Part shown: piece after piece, positions 45,201 through 53,784 of the stretch
Layout: each line of letters begins with the position of its first letter
Numbering within the stretch: the stretch's first letter is position 1
NCBI GenBank assembly: GCA_046735395.1
Contig: JBJKQR010000008.1
Location: 1 to 64,000 of the forward strand
Source of the DNA: Fidelibacterota bacterium
GTDB lineage: Bacteria > Fidelibacterota > Fidelibacteria > Fidelibacterales > DSDE01
Reading direction: 5' to 3'
DNA length: 64,000 nucleotides
Notes under the pieces: model-generated
Told to the model about the DNA's origin: nothing
The model's input: only the letters and a program-made list of their open reading frames with translations
The model's database searches: none
Program-made: the position numbers and the translations under genes

Positions 45201-45447
45201 CAATGACCTTTTCGACGAAGGAGGGCGTGACCGGGAGAAAATAGATGCGGTCGGCGATGCCTTCCGAGGTCTGGACGGTGGCAATATTGGGATTGATGAG
45301 AATGCTGCGGATGCCTTCCTCCCGGAGGGCTTTCAGCGCCTGGGAACCGCTGTAGTCAAATTCGCCCGCTTCACCGATCTTCAGCGCACCGGAACCGAGC
45401 AGGAGTACGGAGCGGATGGGGCCTGCGGTTTTTCCTGCTTCGGTCAT
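42211..45447 (-). CDS. carB: Carbamoyl-phosphate synthase large subunit
   Basis: [33 protein letters not shown], second ATP-grasp, MGS domain. Confidence 0.97.
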   Translation of the reverse strand: [1078 protein letters not shown]

Positions 45448-46523
45448 ACTCGTTTCTCCTTTATCATCTGTATGAATTCATCAAAAAGAAAGGCTGTGTC
45501 GGTGGGCCCGCCGGAGGCCTCGGGATGAAACTGGGTGGAAAAGAAGGGCTTGCTGTGATGGCGGATTCCCTCCACGCTGCCGTCATTGAGATTTCGGTAG
45601 AGGACGCCCCAGTCCCCGGGCAGCGAGGATTCATCCACGGCGTATCCGTGATTCTGGGACGTGATATAGCAGGAGGCGCCGTTTTCGCGTCGCACCGGCT
45701 GATTGTGACTGCGGTGGCCGTACTTGAGCTTGTAGGTGTCCGCGCCGGCGGCCAGGGCCATGAGCTGTGATCCGAGACAGATCCCGAACATGGGCGTCTC
45801 GCCCTCAAGGGCTGTGCGGATATGGGAAATGGCCGCGCTGCACTGTTTCGGATCTCCGGGGCCGTTTGTGAGGAAAATGCCGTCAAAGGATTCGCTGCTG
45901 AATTCATGATTCCAGGGAAGGCGGATGACGGTGGTGTCGCGGCTGAGCAGATGACGGATAATGTTGTTCTTCACCCCGTAGTCGAGGAGGGCGATGCGCA
46001 GGGCGCCGTTTCCGTATTCGGTGCGCTGTCCGATACTGACGGTTTCAACCAGATTTTCCCGGGACGGGTCGTAGAGATCCGGTTCATCGCCGATGATGAT
46101 TTTGCCCAGCATGGTTCCGCTTTCACGCAGCCGCTTGGTGAGGTCTCGGGTATCAATGCCGTAGACGCCGGGCACCTTGTTCTGAACGAGCCAGTCCTGC
46201 AGGCTCTGTTCCGCATTCCAGTGATTGTACTGGAAGGAATAGTCGGAAATGATGAGGCCGTTCACATGAATCCGGTCCGATTCATAATGTTCGAAGAGAT
46301 TCTGTCGGCGGCTGGCGCCGGGGACGCCGTAATTGCCGATGAGCGGAAAGGTGGATACGAGAATCTGGCCTTTGTAGGACGGGTCGGTGAGGCTTTCCGG
46401 GTAGCCGGTCATGGCCGTATTGAACACGATTTCCCCGGAGGCGCTGGCCGGATATCCGAAGGAATATCCTTCGTATACACTGCCGTCCTCGAGGAGAATC
46501 CTGGCTGTCTCCGTCTTTGGCAT
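45444..46523 (-). CDS. carA: Carbamoyl-phosphate synthase small subunit
   Basis: GEIVFNTAMTGYPESLTDPSY, NGPGDP, GICLG, QFHPEA; start after AAAGGG RBS inferred. Confidence 0.97.
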   Translation of the reverse strand: MPKTETARILLEDGSVYEGYSFGYPASASGEIVFNTAMTGYPESLTDPSYKGQILVSTFPLIGNYGVPGASRRQNLFEHYESDRIHVNGLIISDYSFQYNHWNAEQSLQDWLVQNKVPGVYGIDTRDLTKRLRESGTMLGKIIIGDEPDLYDPSRENLVETVSIGQRTEYGNGALRIALLDYGVKNNIIRHLLSRDTTVIRLPWNHEFSSESFDGIFLTNGPGDPKQCSAAISHIRTALEGETPMFGICLGSQLMALAAGADTYKLKYGHRSHNQPVRRENGASCYITSQNHGYAVDESSLPGDWGVLYRNLNDGSVEGIRHHSKPFFSTQFHPEASGGPTDTAFLFDEFIQMIKEKRV

Positions 46524-46699
46524 ATCACCCTTTCTGTATGTGTTGGGATTTGATGGCATATCAAAGCTGAATTTACCGTGTTTTGCCCGGAAATAAAACC
46601 AAAGAATATTTAAAGGTCCTGACGCAAGGCTGTAGAGTGAAATTAGGGATTAATGGAAAAGGATCGAGGGACAAGGGACACGGTCAGCCGGTGCCGGGG

Positions 46700-46920
46700 G
46701 CCGTATTCATAGCCGTGTGAATGATCGTTTCTTTCCCGTCTCCGTTTCGCTTCGCTCAGCTACGCCGCGGCAGGGAAGAAAATATCAAGAGGGTGCTGCG
46801 ATATTCCATAGCCGGACAGTTTCTCGTTTCTTCCCTGTCTACTCGTCTACCCGTCTACGCGTCAACTCATCTACGCATCAACACACCAACCCGCAAACCA
46901 TCTAACCCGCGAACAATCCT
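46700..46920. repeat. Hairpin repeat plus degenerate 8-mer tandem array
   Basis: Hairpin 46728-46781; TCTACTCG TCTACCCG TCTACGCG TCAACTCA TCTACGCA TCAACAC at about 46838-46884. Confidence 0.65.
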
Positions 46921-46945
46921 ACCTGCTTTAGTATGTCATTGCGGG

Positions 46946-47088
46946 CTGTCATTGCGGACCTGATCCGCAATCTCTTGCTGTTATAGGCGTGGTGTGATGT
47001 ATACAAGATTCCGGTGTACAACAGAATTAAGGAGATTCCGGATCGCCCCGTCTTCGTTTCACTACGTCGGGGTTGTCCGGAATGACAG
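46946..47088. mobile_element. Small palindromic MITE/RPE-like element with nested insert
   Basis: Outer IR CTGTCATTGCGGAC/GTCCGGAATGACAG and inner IR GATCCGCAATCTC/GAGATTCCGGATC (1 mismatch each); 30-bp hairpin in the right-arm loop. Confidence 0.7.
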
Positions 47089-47344
47089 TTTCATAATATT
47101 GTAGGCATGGGTTTATCATGAGAAACCCGCAAACCTGCAAACATGTCAACGATTCCGCTTCTACGCATCAACACGTCGGCTCGCGAACCCGCAAAGGGCG
47201 GTTTTATTAGACATTATAAATCCACGCTTCAAATCTGCCTGATCCGCAGCGCTGTCCCTCCTGCCACGAAAACCGGTGTGGTAAAATGTATCAGCAAAAT
47301 GACACATAGATGATGGAAAATTGTTTAAATAAACAACTTCCTGT

Positions 47345-47373
47345 TTGACAAAAGTTAACATTGTTGTTAACTT
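47345..47373 (+). promoter_or_regulatory. TA promoter with palindromic operator
   Basis: TTGACA-17-TAACTT; inverted repeat AAGTTAACA-4-TGTTAACTT at 47352-47373. Confidence 0.8.
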
Positions 47374-47378
47374 GCCTT

Positions 47379-47729
47379 ATGAGAGAGATACACTTTTACA
47401 GAAGCGAATCCGGAAAATGTTATATGGAAGAATTTTTGGACGCTCTCTCGGGAAAGGAGTTGAAAAAAGTATTCTGGGTTTTCGATTTGATAGAGGAGGT
47501 GGATGATGTGCCGACATCATTTTTCAGAAAATTGCATAATACAGAGGAAATTTGGGAAATTCGTGTTGGCGGAAGAGAGAAGATTTACCGGTTTCTGGGA
47601 TTTATTGAAAAAGGAAAGCTTGTAATACTGACACATGCTTTTGTGAAAAAAACGCAGAAAACACCCAAACAGGACATAGCCCTTGCGGAGAAGCGTAGAA
47701 GGGATTACATCAGGAGGAAAAGCATATGA
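47379..47729 (+). CDS. Type II TA toxin, RelE/ParE superfamily (Gp49/HigB-like)
   Basis: FY....G....EEFL, IWEIRV, YRFLGF, LTHAFVKKTQKTP; toxin-first order. Confidence 0.88.
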   Translation: MREIHFYRSESGKCYMEEFLDALSGKELKKVFWVFDLIEEVDDVPTSFFRKLHNTEEIWEIRVGGREKIYRFLGFIEKGKLVILTHAFVKKTQKTPKQDIALAEKRRRDYIRRKSI

Positions 47730-48004
47730 GCGATGTAAAAAAATATAAAGAAAAAAGAATGATTACGGATCCGGAATTTGCTGACAACTATGAACCCGGA
47801 TATGAGACATTTAAAATCGGAGTACTCCTGAAACAGATGAGAGAACAATCCGGTTATACTCAGGAAGACTTGGCGGAAAAATTATCCACCAAGAAATCTG
47901 CCATATCCCGTATAGAAAATCATGCAGAAGATATTCGTTTATCCACACTTGAAAAATATGCGAAAGTCCTGGGCCGAAAACTTTCGATCCGTCTCGCTCG
48001 TTAA
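47726..48004 (+). CDS. XRE-family HTH antitoxin (HigA-like)
   Basis: REQSGYTQEDLAEKL.TKKSAISRIEN; ATGA overlap with toxin. Confidence 0.88.
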   Translation: MSDVKKYKEKRMITDPEFADNYEPGYETFKIGVLLKQMREQSGYTQEDLAEKLSTKKSAISRIENHAEDIRLSTLEKYAKVLGRKLSIRLAR

Positions 48005-48341
48005 CAGCACAAACCCGGCTGGTCCGGTGCGCCTGACATGTTTTCCCTAATTTGTTCATTTACGAATCGCGTTATTCGACCGCAGAGAACGGATGCGCAG
48101 AACTCCGGTTGAGAAAACATCCGTTTCGGTTCAGCTCCCTGAACGGATGAAAAGTTCGAATCCCGAAAGGATCGGAGAACAAAAAAACACTTCCGAAAAG
48201 CCCGAATCATTCTTAATATTATCCCGTTGAATTGAGAGCATGGATTAAGGAATTGAATCACCTGTTTCCCGGAGGAGACGGTCGTGTGCGATGGGAATTC
48301 AGGGGAGGATGGCCGGTTCCTTTATTAAAACAAAGGATGGC

Positions 48342-48428
48342 ATATTAAGGAAAACGTATTTCGGTAGAGACGCAGTATCGTAGAATCGCAAGATTTTGCG
48401 TCTCTACGAATAGATCCCAAACATCCGA
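48342..48428 (+). repeat. GTAG-family REP element copy 1 with left and right flanks
   Basis: ATATTAAGGAAAACGTATTTCG, half-REP GTAGAGACGCA, GTAGAATCGCAAGATTTTGCGTCTCTAC (48380-48407), AATAGATCCCAAACATCCGA. Confidence 0.8.
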
Positions 48429-48474
48429 CACAAGAGTGACCGAAGCGAAAAAAAAATAATAATAAGGACGATAC

Positions 48475-49566
48475 ATGAATCGAAAATGTGACAAAGTGCG
48501 GACAAGGCCGGAGGCCTGCCTGCGCCATCCGGTCCGAAACGCGAAGGCGGCGGTGCTGATCCTGTGTGTGCTTCTGGCATCCGTCCATCCGCTGTCGGCA
48601 GAACTTTCGGGTGCCCGGTTTCTCTTCTGGCATCCGTCGGCCCGGGCGATTGCAATGGGCGGAACCGGCGTGGCCGGCTCAGCACGGGGCTTCGAATCCT
48701 ATTACAACCCGGCCTTGCTGACAGATGTGGACCGCCTGGCTGCAGGAGCCTCCTTCGGTCAGCCCTATCCTGTATTCAAACATACGGTTCACAGTTATGC
48801 GGAATGCGCGTACCGGACGAAATTCGGTGTTCTGGCCCTGTCGGCAGATTTATTCTGGCGCGAAAAGCAGCTAAGAACAGATGAGGTCGGAAATAATTTA
48901 GGCGTAAGCGGTCTGTCTTTCAATATCTTCAAACTGTCCAACATCGTAAAACCATCCTATCGTCATTTCAGCCTGTCTTATGCAACGCGCATAAAGGACA
49001 ATCTGTCCATAGGACTAAATGCCGGCCTGCTTTTCGAAACGCTGGCCTCATATGGGACCATAATGGAAATAGGGAAACCATCGTCCAGGTCCGGACTGTT
49101 TGGCCTGGGAGCCCGAATCACGCAGCTTTTTCCCCGGGCCACGATTTACAGTGACGGCTCGCTGAGGGAAACGGAGCGGGGCCTGCAACTTGCCGCCGTA
49201 CTACAGAATCTTGGCGGTGATCTGATTTTCATTGATGCGGCCCAGGCCGACCCACCGCCCACCTATATGAAAATCGGAGTAAGCTATCTGCCGGTGGGAT
49301 TGAAGACGCTGAATCTGCTGCTGGCAGCGGATCTGGAAAATCAGTTTGATCAGGATGGTTTTGAGTATCTGCATTGCGGCGCGGAATTAAGGCTGTTCCG
49401 GCTGATTGATCTGCGGGCAGGATACTTTGATCAGCTGCAATACCCGGAAAGTTCCTATTTCGCCTTCGGTGCCGGAATGACATGGATGGGTATTTATCTG
49501 GATGTGGCCCGGTACGAGCAATCATTTATGCCGGCCTGGCATTTTTCACTGGGAGTGAAATTATGA
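48475..49566 (+). CDS. PorV/PorQ-family outer-membrane beta-barrel protein
   Basis: Signal peptide; GARFL..HPSARAIAMGG, YYNPALL, QNLG, QADP.PT, LRAGY, C-terminal FSLGVKL. Confidence 0.8.
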   Translation: MNRKCDKVRTRPEACLRHPVRNAKAAVLILCVLLASVHPLSAELSGARFLFWHPSARAIAMGGTGVAGSARGFESYYNPALLTDVDRLAAGASFGQPYPVFKHTVHSYAECAYRTKFGVLALSADLFWREKQLRTDEVGNNLGVSGLSFNIFKLSNIVKPSYRHFSLSYATRIKDNLSIGLNAGLLFETLASYGTIMEIGKPSSRSGLFGLGARITQLFPRATIYSDGSLRETERGLQLAAVLQNLGGDLIFIDAAQADPPPTYMKIGVSYLPVGLKTLNLLLAADLENQFDQDGFEYLHCGAELRLFRLIDLRAGYFDQLQYPESSYFAFGAGMTWMGIYLDVARYEQSFMPAWHFSLGVKL

Positions 49567-49961
49567 AAAAAATCTATATGTTCGTTATGATCATACTGGC
49601 TCTGATGACGGGTGCCTGTGACGGCGATCCGATTGCTCTGGCGGGTTTTGACGGGGAAACACCGCTGCAGGATGGAGACCGGGTTCCCGTTCTGCTTGAG
49701 CAAAACTACCCGAATCCATTCAATCCAGTTACGAATATAGGATTCCAGGTCGGGATACCGATGACATTAAGCTTAAAGATCTACAGTGATGACTGGATCC
49801 TGGTGAAAACGGGTGTAAACAGGGCTGTTGACCCCGGAATTTACACGTTCGTTTTTGAGGCAATGGACGAACACGGAGAGGTCCTGCCCTCCGGAGAATA
49901 TTTTTATGTTCTGGAAGGCGGGGGATACCGGCTTATCCGGAAAATGAAATTAGTAAAGTAA
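49563..49961 (+). CDS. Small lipoprotein made of a T9SS/FlgD-type C-terminal sorting domain
   Basis: Lipobox TGAC; LEQNYPNPFNPVTNI, LPSGEYFYVL, RKMKLVK. Confidence 0.75.
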   Translation: MKKIYMFVMIILALMTGACDGDPIALAGFDGETPLQDGDRVPVLLEQNYPNPFNPVTNIGFQVGIPMTLSLKIYSDDWILVKTGVNRAVDPGIYTFVFEAMDEHGEVLPSGEYFYVLEGGGYRLIRKMKLVK

Positions 49962-50020
49962 AAATGAACCGGAGACGGAGACAACTTCGGGATGTCTGCA
50001 TGAGAAAACAAGGAGAGAGA

Positions 50021-50755
50021 ATGGACAGATTGATACAAGTGCTGATCGGTGGCCTGCTGTGTGCGGGGCTTGCCTTCGGCCAGTTCGGTGAAGAGGATCC
50101 GCGGATCGTGGTGGATTTTTCCACGGGAACCGGTTCTCATCGTAGTGACATCATCAATCAGGATGTGTCCTTTACGGATTATTCCGGTGTTTTTATCCGG
50201 ATCAACAATGAGGAAATCCCCGTCAAATATCGTTTTGTACCGTTATTTTTAAATTTTCGGGCCGGTTACTTCATGAAGGACAATGTAAGCGCAGGACTTC
50301 GGCTGCAGTATTTTTCCATTCAGGAATTCACGGATTATCCCAGTCGGATCAGAGCCTATGAAGTGAATGAACACCTGATGCACCAGCTGAGTTTCGGGCC
50401 ACAGGTTGAATATTGGATGAGCCGGCGATTCGTGGTGGGACTGTCGGCCGGTGCCGGCTTTTTTCTCTCGCGGGGAAAACTTCAGCGCTTGTCCGTGCTG
50501 ACGGAAAATTATGACGTTGATGATGAGCTTCGGCTGTTTCTGGATTTGCAGAAGGATCCGGTTTCTCTGCAGGGATGGGGCTACGAATTTCATACACGTC
50601 TGACCTTGAATGGGGGCAGGACGATGCCTTTTATTGCATTTTCCTACCAGTGGGTGAAGGATGAAATTCAGGAGGACGGATCTGTACAGTACATCCGTGT
50701 GAGCAGAAATATGGATCGAACCGTGAATTTCGGCATTATGTTCAGAGTATTATAG
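50021..50755 (+). CDS. Hypothetical outer-membrane beta-barrel protein
   Basis: AAGGAG RBS, signal peptide ending AFG, amphipathic strands, C-terminal VNFGIMFRVL. Confidence 0.6.
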   Translation: MDRLIQVLIGGLLCAGLAFGQFGEEDPRIVVDFSTGTGSHRSDIINQDVSFTDYSGVFIRINNEEIPVKYRFVPLFLNFRAGYFMKDNVSAGLRLQYFSIQEFTDYPSRIRAYEVNEHLMHQLSFGPQVEYWMSRRFVVGLSAGAGFFLSRGKLQRLSVLTENYDVDDELRLFLDLQKDPVSLQGWGYEFHTRLTLNGGRTMPFIAFSYQWVKDEIQEDGSVQYIRVSRNMDRTVNFGIMFRVL

Positions 50756-50863
50756 GACGGAGAGCGAAAGGAGACGAAGGAGACGGTTTTATATAATCTT
50801 GTTCAATGATGTTTTCAATGAATCGGTATCAATATCGAGTAGAAAGATAAAGGAGAAGCGGGA

Positions 50864-51977
50864 ATGAAGGTGTTCAGATATGTGTTATTTTTGCTCATTG
50901 TCAGTTGCAGTCTGCAGTCAAAGAATTCTGATAAACGAAGCGACCGTGACCCCCAAGATTTATAATGAAAAAGAACAGGCGCTGTTGATGGAGGGGAATA
51001 AATGTCATGATGACGGGGAGTATTTGGCAGCAGTAGATGCATACAATAAACTCATAGCGCTAAACCCAAACAATCCGCTGGCGTATTATGAAAAATCATA
51101 TTCATTGATGGTGCTGGGCGAAAACAAAAAAAGTTTAAAAGCAATTTTGCAGGCAACGAAGTACAAGTCAGAAAATCCGTTTCAGATATATTTACAATTA
51201 GGAAACAGTCTTGATAATAACAATTATCATACTGAAGCCCTTGACGCATATGATAAAGCATTAGAAATTGATACAAGCAATTATTTAGTATATTTTAATA
51301 AAGCAATCACTTTGATTAGATTGAATCGCATACGAGAAGGACAGAACAACCTTAGGCGTTCATTAAAACTCAATCCGGATCATGCTGGCAGCAATTTGGT
51401 TTTAGCTACGACCTATTCTTATGATGGTTATACAATACCGGCACTTATGGCCTATTGCAGATATCTGATGATTGAACCGGTTTCGCCAAGAGCTGAATCG
51501 GCAATTACAGGAATTCAAAAGATCATTAATTCAGCGGTATCACAAACAGGGGGAAAGGAATATAATATTGTTCTTCCGTCAATAAAACAGGATTATGACG
51601 GGAATTTTTATTTGGTTCAGTTAATGATGTCTTTGCTTACTGCGGGTCAAATTGCCAAAGCAGCAGAAGCAGACACCCTGAATGCTGGAAAATATCCAAC
51701 TCATTTCTTAATAAAAGTTGTGGAAATACTGAAAGGAATATTTCAGGAAATGCTGGAATTAGAAGAGAAAGAGGATTTCAGTGATAGTGGTTTTGCCTGG
51801 AAATATTATGCACCCTATTTCATTGAGATGCAGCGCGAAGATCTTGTGGAACCCTTTGTATATTACATCTTTCAGTCTACTCAGGATGAATATGTAAAAG
51901 AATGGCTTAAGGAACATGAACAGGCGGTTGAATCATTAAAAATCTGGAATGAAAAATTTCAGCTACAACTTAATTAG
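50864..51977 (+). CDS. TPR protein; lipoprotein signal peptide lies in a different frame (probable frameshift)
   Basis: TPR repeats in ORF 50880-51977; RBS-led ORF 50864-50965 MKVFRYVLFLLIVSC in another frame. Confidence 0.7.
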
Positions 51978-52001
51978 CGTATCAGAAAGGTGCGCAAGAT
52001 G

Positions 52002-52595
52002 ATGAAAAAATTATTAATATTATCGGGTTTATTGTTCTTTTCATGTGTAAGTCCGCATCGCAATGCCGAGGGAATGAACTCAGGAATTATTTATGGTGAT
52101 GATCACGTATACAGCCTTACAGCATGCGAAGATTGGGTTATGGACAATACAAGTGCAGTAAACCAGGGATTGTTTTGTGTCTTTTACCCAAAAGATCGGA
52201 CCTGGGCGAACAGTCCGGTCGTCGCCTACTCAAAGGCCGTAAGTAAAAATGATTCATTGGAAACAATAAAAGACATGGTTTCAAATACAATACGTGAATT
52301 CCGACAGAATGGCAGCCCGGACTCCAGGGTGAGATATATGAAAAACATTGAAACCCGACACGGGAAGGTAGCAGACATATATTTTTTTACTGGTGATCAA
52401 TGGGGGAATTATGAGGCGGTGGCATATTTTGATGAAGGAAAATGTATTCCTTTTATTGTTCTTTCATCCCGGGCTTATGAAGTATTTGAAAAGTCGCTGC
52501 CAAACTTTGAATCAATCGTTAAATCCTATATGTTTTTCGGCAGTGATATTACTATTTGTCTCAATGGAAAACCAATGAAGCGGCAACAAAACTAA
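52002..52595 (+). CDS. Hypothetical lipoprotein
   Basis: MKKLLILSGLLFFSC lipobox; AT-rich. Confidence 0.7.
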   Translation: MKKLLILSGLLFFSCVSPHRNAEGMNSGIIYGDDHVYSLTACEDWVMDNTSAVNQGLFCVFYPKDRTWANSPVVAYSKAVSKNDSLETIKDMVSNTIREFRQNGSPDSRVRYMKNIETRHGKVADIYFFTGDQWGNYEAVAYFDEGKCIPFIVLSSRAYEVFEKSLPNFESIVKSYMFFGSDITICLNGKPMKRQQN

Positions 52596-52691
52596 CAGGA
52601 TTTTGACAATAGGATTCTATTAAGGCAATCATATACAGGTTATGGAATTCAACAGCACACGCATAGACGAAAAATGCACAGAGAACCTCGA

Positions 52692-53588
52692 ATGAATAAA
52701 TACAATATACTCTATTCCATGAAAGACAAGCTTTCGAATCTTGCGAACGATGATCTGCGATTGAAGATGAGAGAGCCCTCGAATAATTTGATGTATACCG
52801 TCGCGCTGTTCATGGAGATTGAAGAGCGAGACCTGTTTGATGAAGATGCGCAAAATCTGATGAACAGTCTGTTCAATGATATGGATCTAAAGCAGTTTAA
52901 AATGATTCAGCGACTCTTTTCCGAGCATCCGAAGATCTATGGCTATCTATCAGAGATCAAAATGGGGCTGATGGAAAAGATAAAGGAGCTTAAAACGGTA
53001 AAAGGAGTAAAAACGGCATATAGGATAAAAAGTGTAAAAATATATGCCGGATTCTGGAAACGTTTTGCGGCAAAGCTTCTTGATATTATCATTCTGTTTC
53101 CGTGGATATATGTCAGTATGAAGGCAGTGCAAAGTTCAAAATACGGATCGGCCTACGTGTTCATCCCGAATATGCTGATCAATGTACTGTTTAATGTTTA
53201 TCTGGTGGCAAGCTATGGAGGCACTCCCGGAAAATTAATGATGAATATCCGAATTACCCGGGAAGACTTTTCACCCGTAAATTATTATCAGGCGTCATTG
53301 CGTTTCAGTGTTGCATTCTTATTGACAGTCGTGATGGGGCTGGGCGAGCTGCTTGGGGCGTTTTCCATTCCGGATGCGCACTATTATGGTGCCAGTTATG
53401 CGGAAAAGTCCCAGATGCTTTTAAACGCTTCTCCATTCTGGGGGACGAAAGTCAGATCATTTCTGATACTCTGGACTTGGAGTGAATTGATCGTGATGCT
53501 GACGAACCGCCGCCGGAAATCTATTCATGATTATATAGCCGGGACGGTTGTTGTTAATAAAGATTTTGCAACACATCCGGAGAATTAA
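52692..53588 (+). CDS. RDD-family membrane protein with N-terminal soluble extension
   Basis: YAGFWKRFAAKLLD, TPGKLMMNIRI, R.SIHDYIAGTVVV; start uncertain. Confidence 0.85.
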   Translation: MNKYNILYSMKDKLSNLANDDLRLKMREPSNNLMYTVALFMEIEERDLFDEDAQNLMNSLFNDMDLKQFKMIQRLFSEHPKIYGYLSEIKMGLMEKIKELKTVKGVKTAYRIKSVKIYAGFWKRFAAKLLDIIILFPWIYVSMKAVQSSKYGSAYVFIPNMLINVLFNVYLVASYGGTPGKLMMNIRITREDFSPVNYYQASLRFSVAFLLTVVMGLGELLGAFSIPDAHYYGASYAEKSQMLLNASPFWGTKVRSFLILWTWSELIVMLTNRRRKSIHDYIAGTVVVNKDFATHPEN

Positions 53589-53680
53589 AAAAAAAAAAAA
53601 CATCTATGATACCGGATCTGTCTGTCCGGATCGCGGCGACAGCTGTTATTTATCCAAACAAATAATGAGATAATGGCTGG

Positions 53681-53738
53681 TGCATTATAGCAGAGACGCA
53701 AGATTTTGCGTTTCTACAAATAGATCCCAAACATCCGA
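53681..53738 (+). repeat. REP element copy 2 with right flank
   Basis: GCAGAGACGCAAGATTTTGCGTTTCTAC (53690-53717) plus AATAGATCCCAAACATCCGA identical to 48409-48428. Confidence 0.8.
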
Positions 53739-53784
53739 TACCAGTGAATTCGAACGACAATTAAAAAAAAAAGGAGGAATTACT

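Noticed and set aside
43066..45528. Long + strand ORFs opposite carB
   Set aside because: Antisense shadows in GC-rich coding DNA
47882..47947. DnaA-box-like 9-mers in the antitoxin gene
   Set aside because: Only two, explained by Leu-Ser-Thr codons, with no trios or DUE
48325..48685. Minus-strand ORFs here and the N-terminal extension of ORF 53680
   Set aside because: Translations of REP sequence (RDAKSC, RDARFCVST) or antisense to the PorV-like gene
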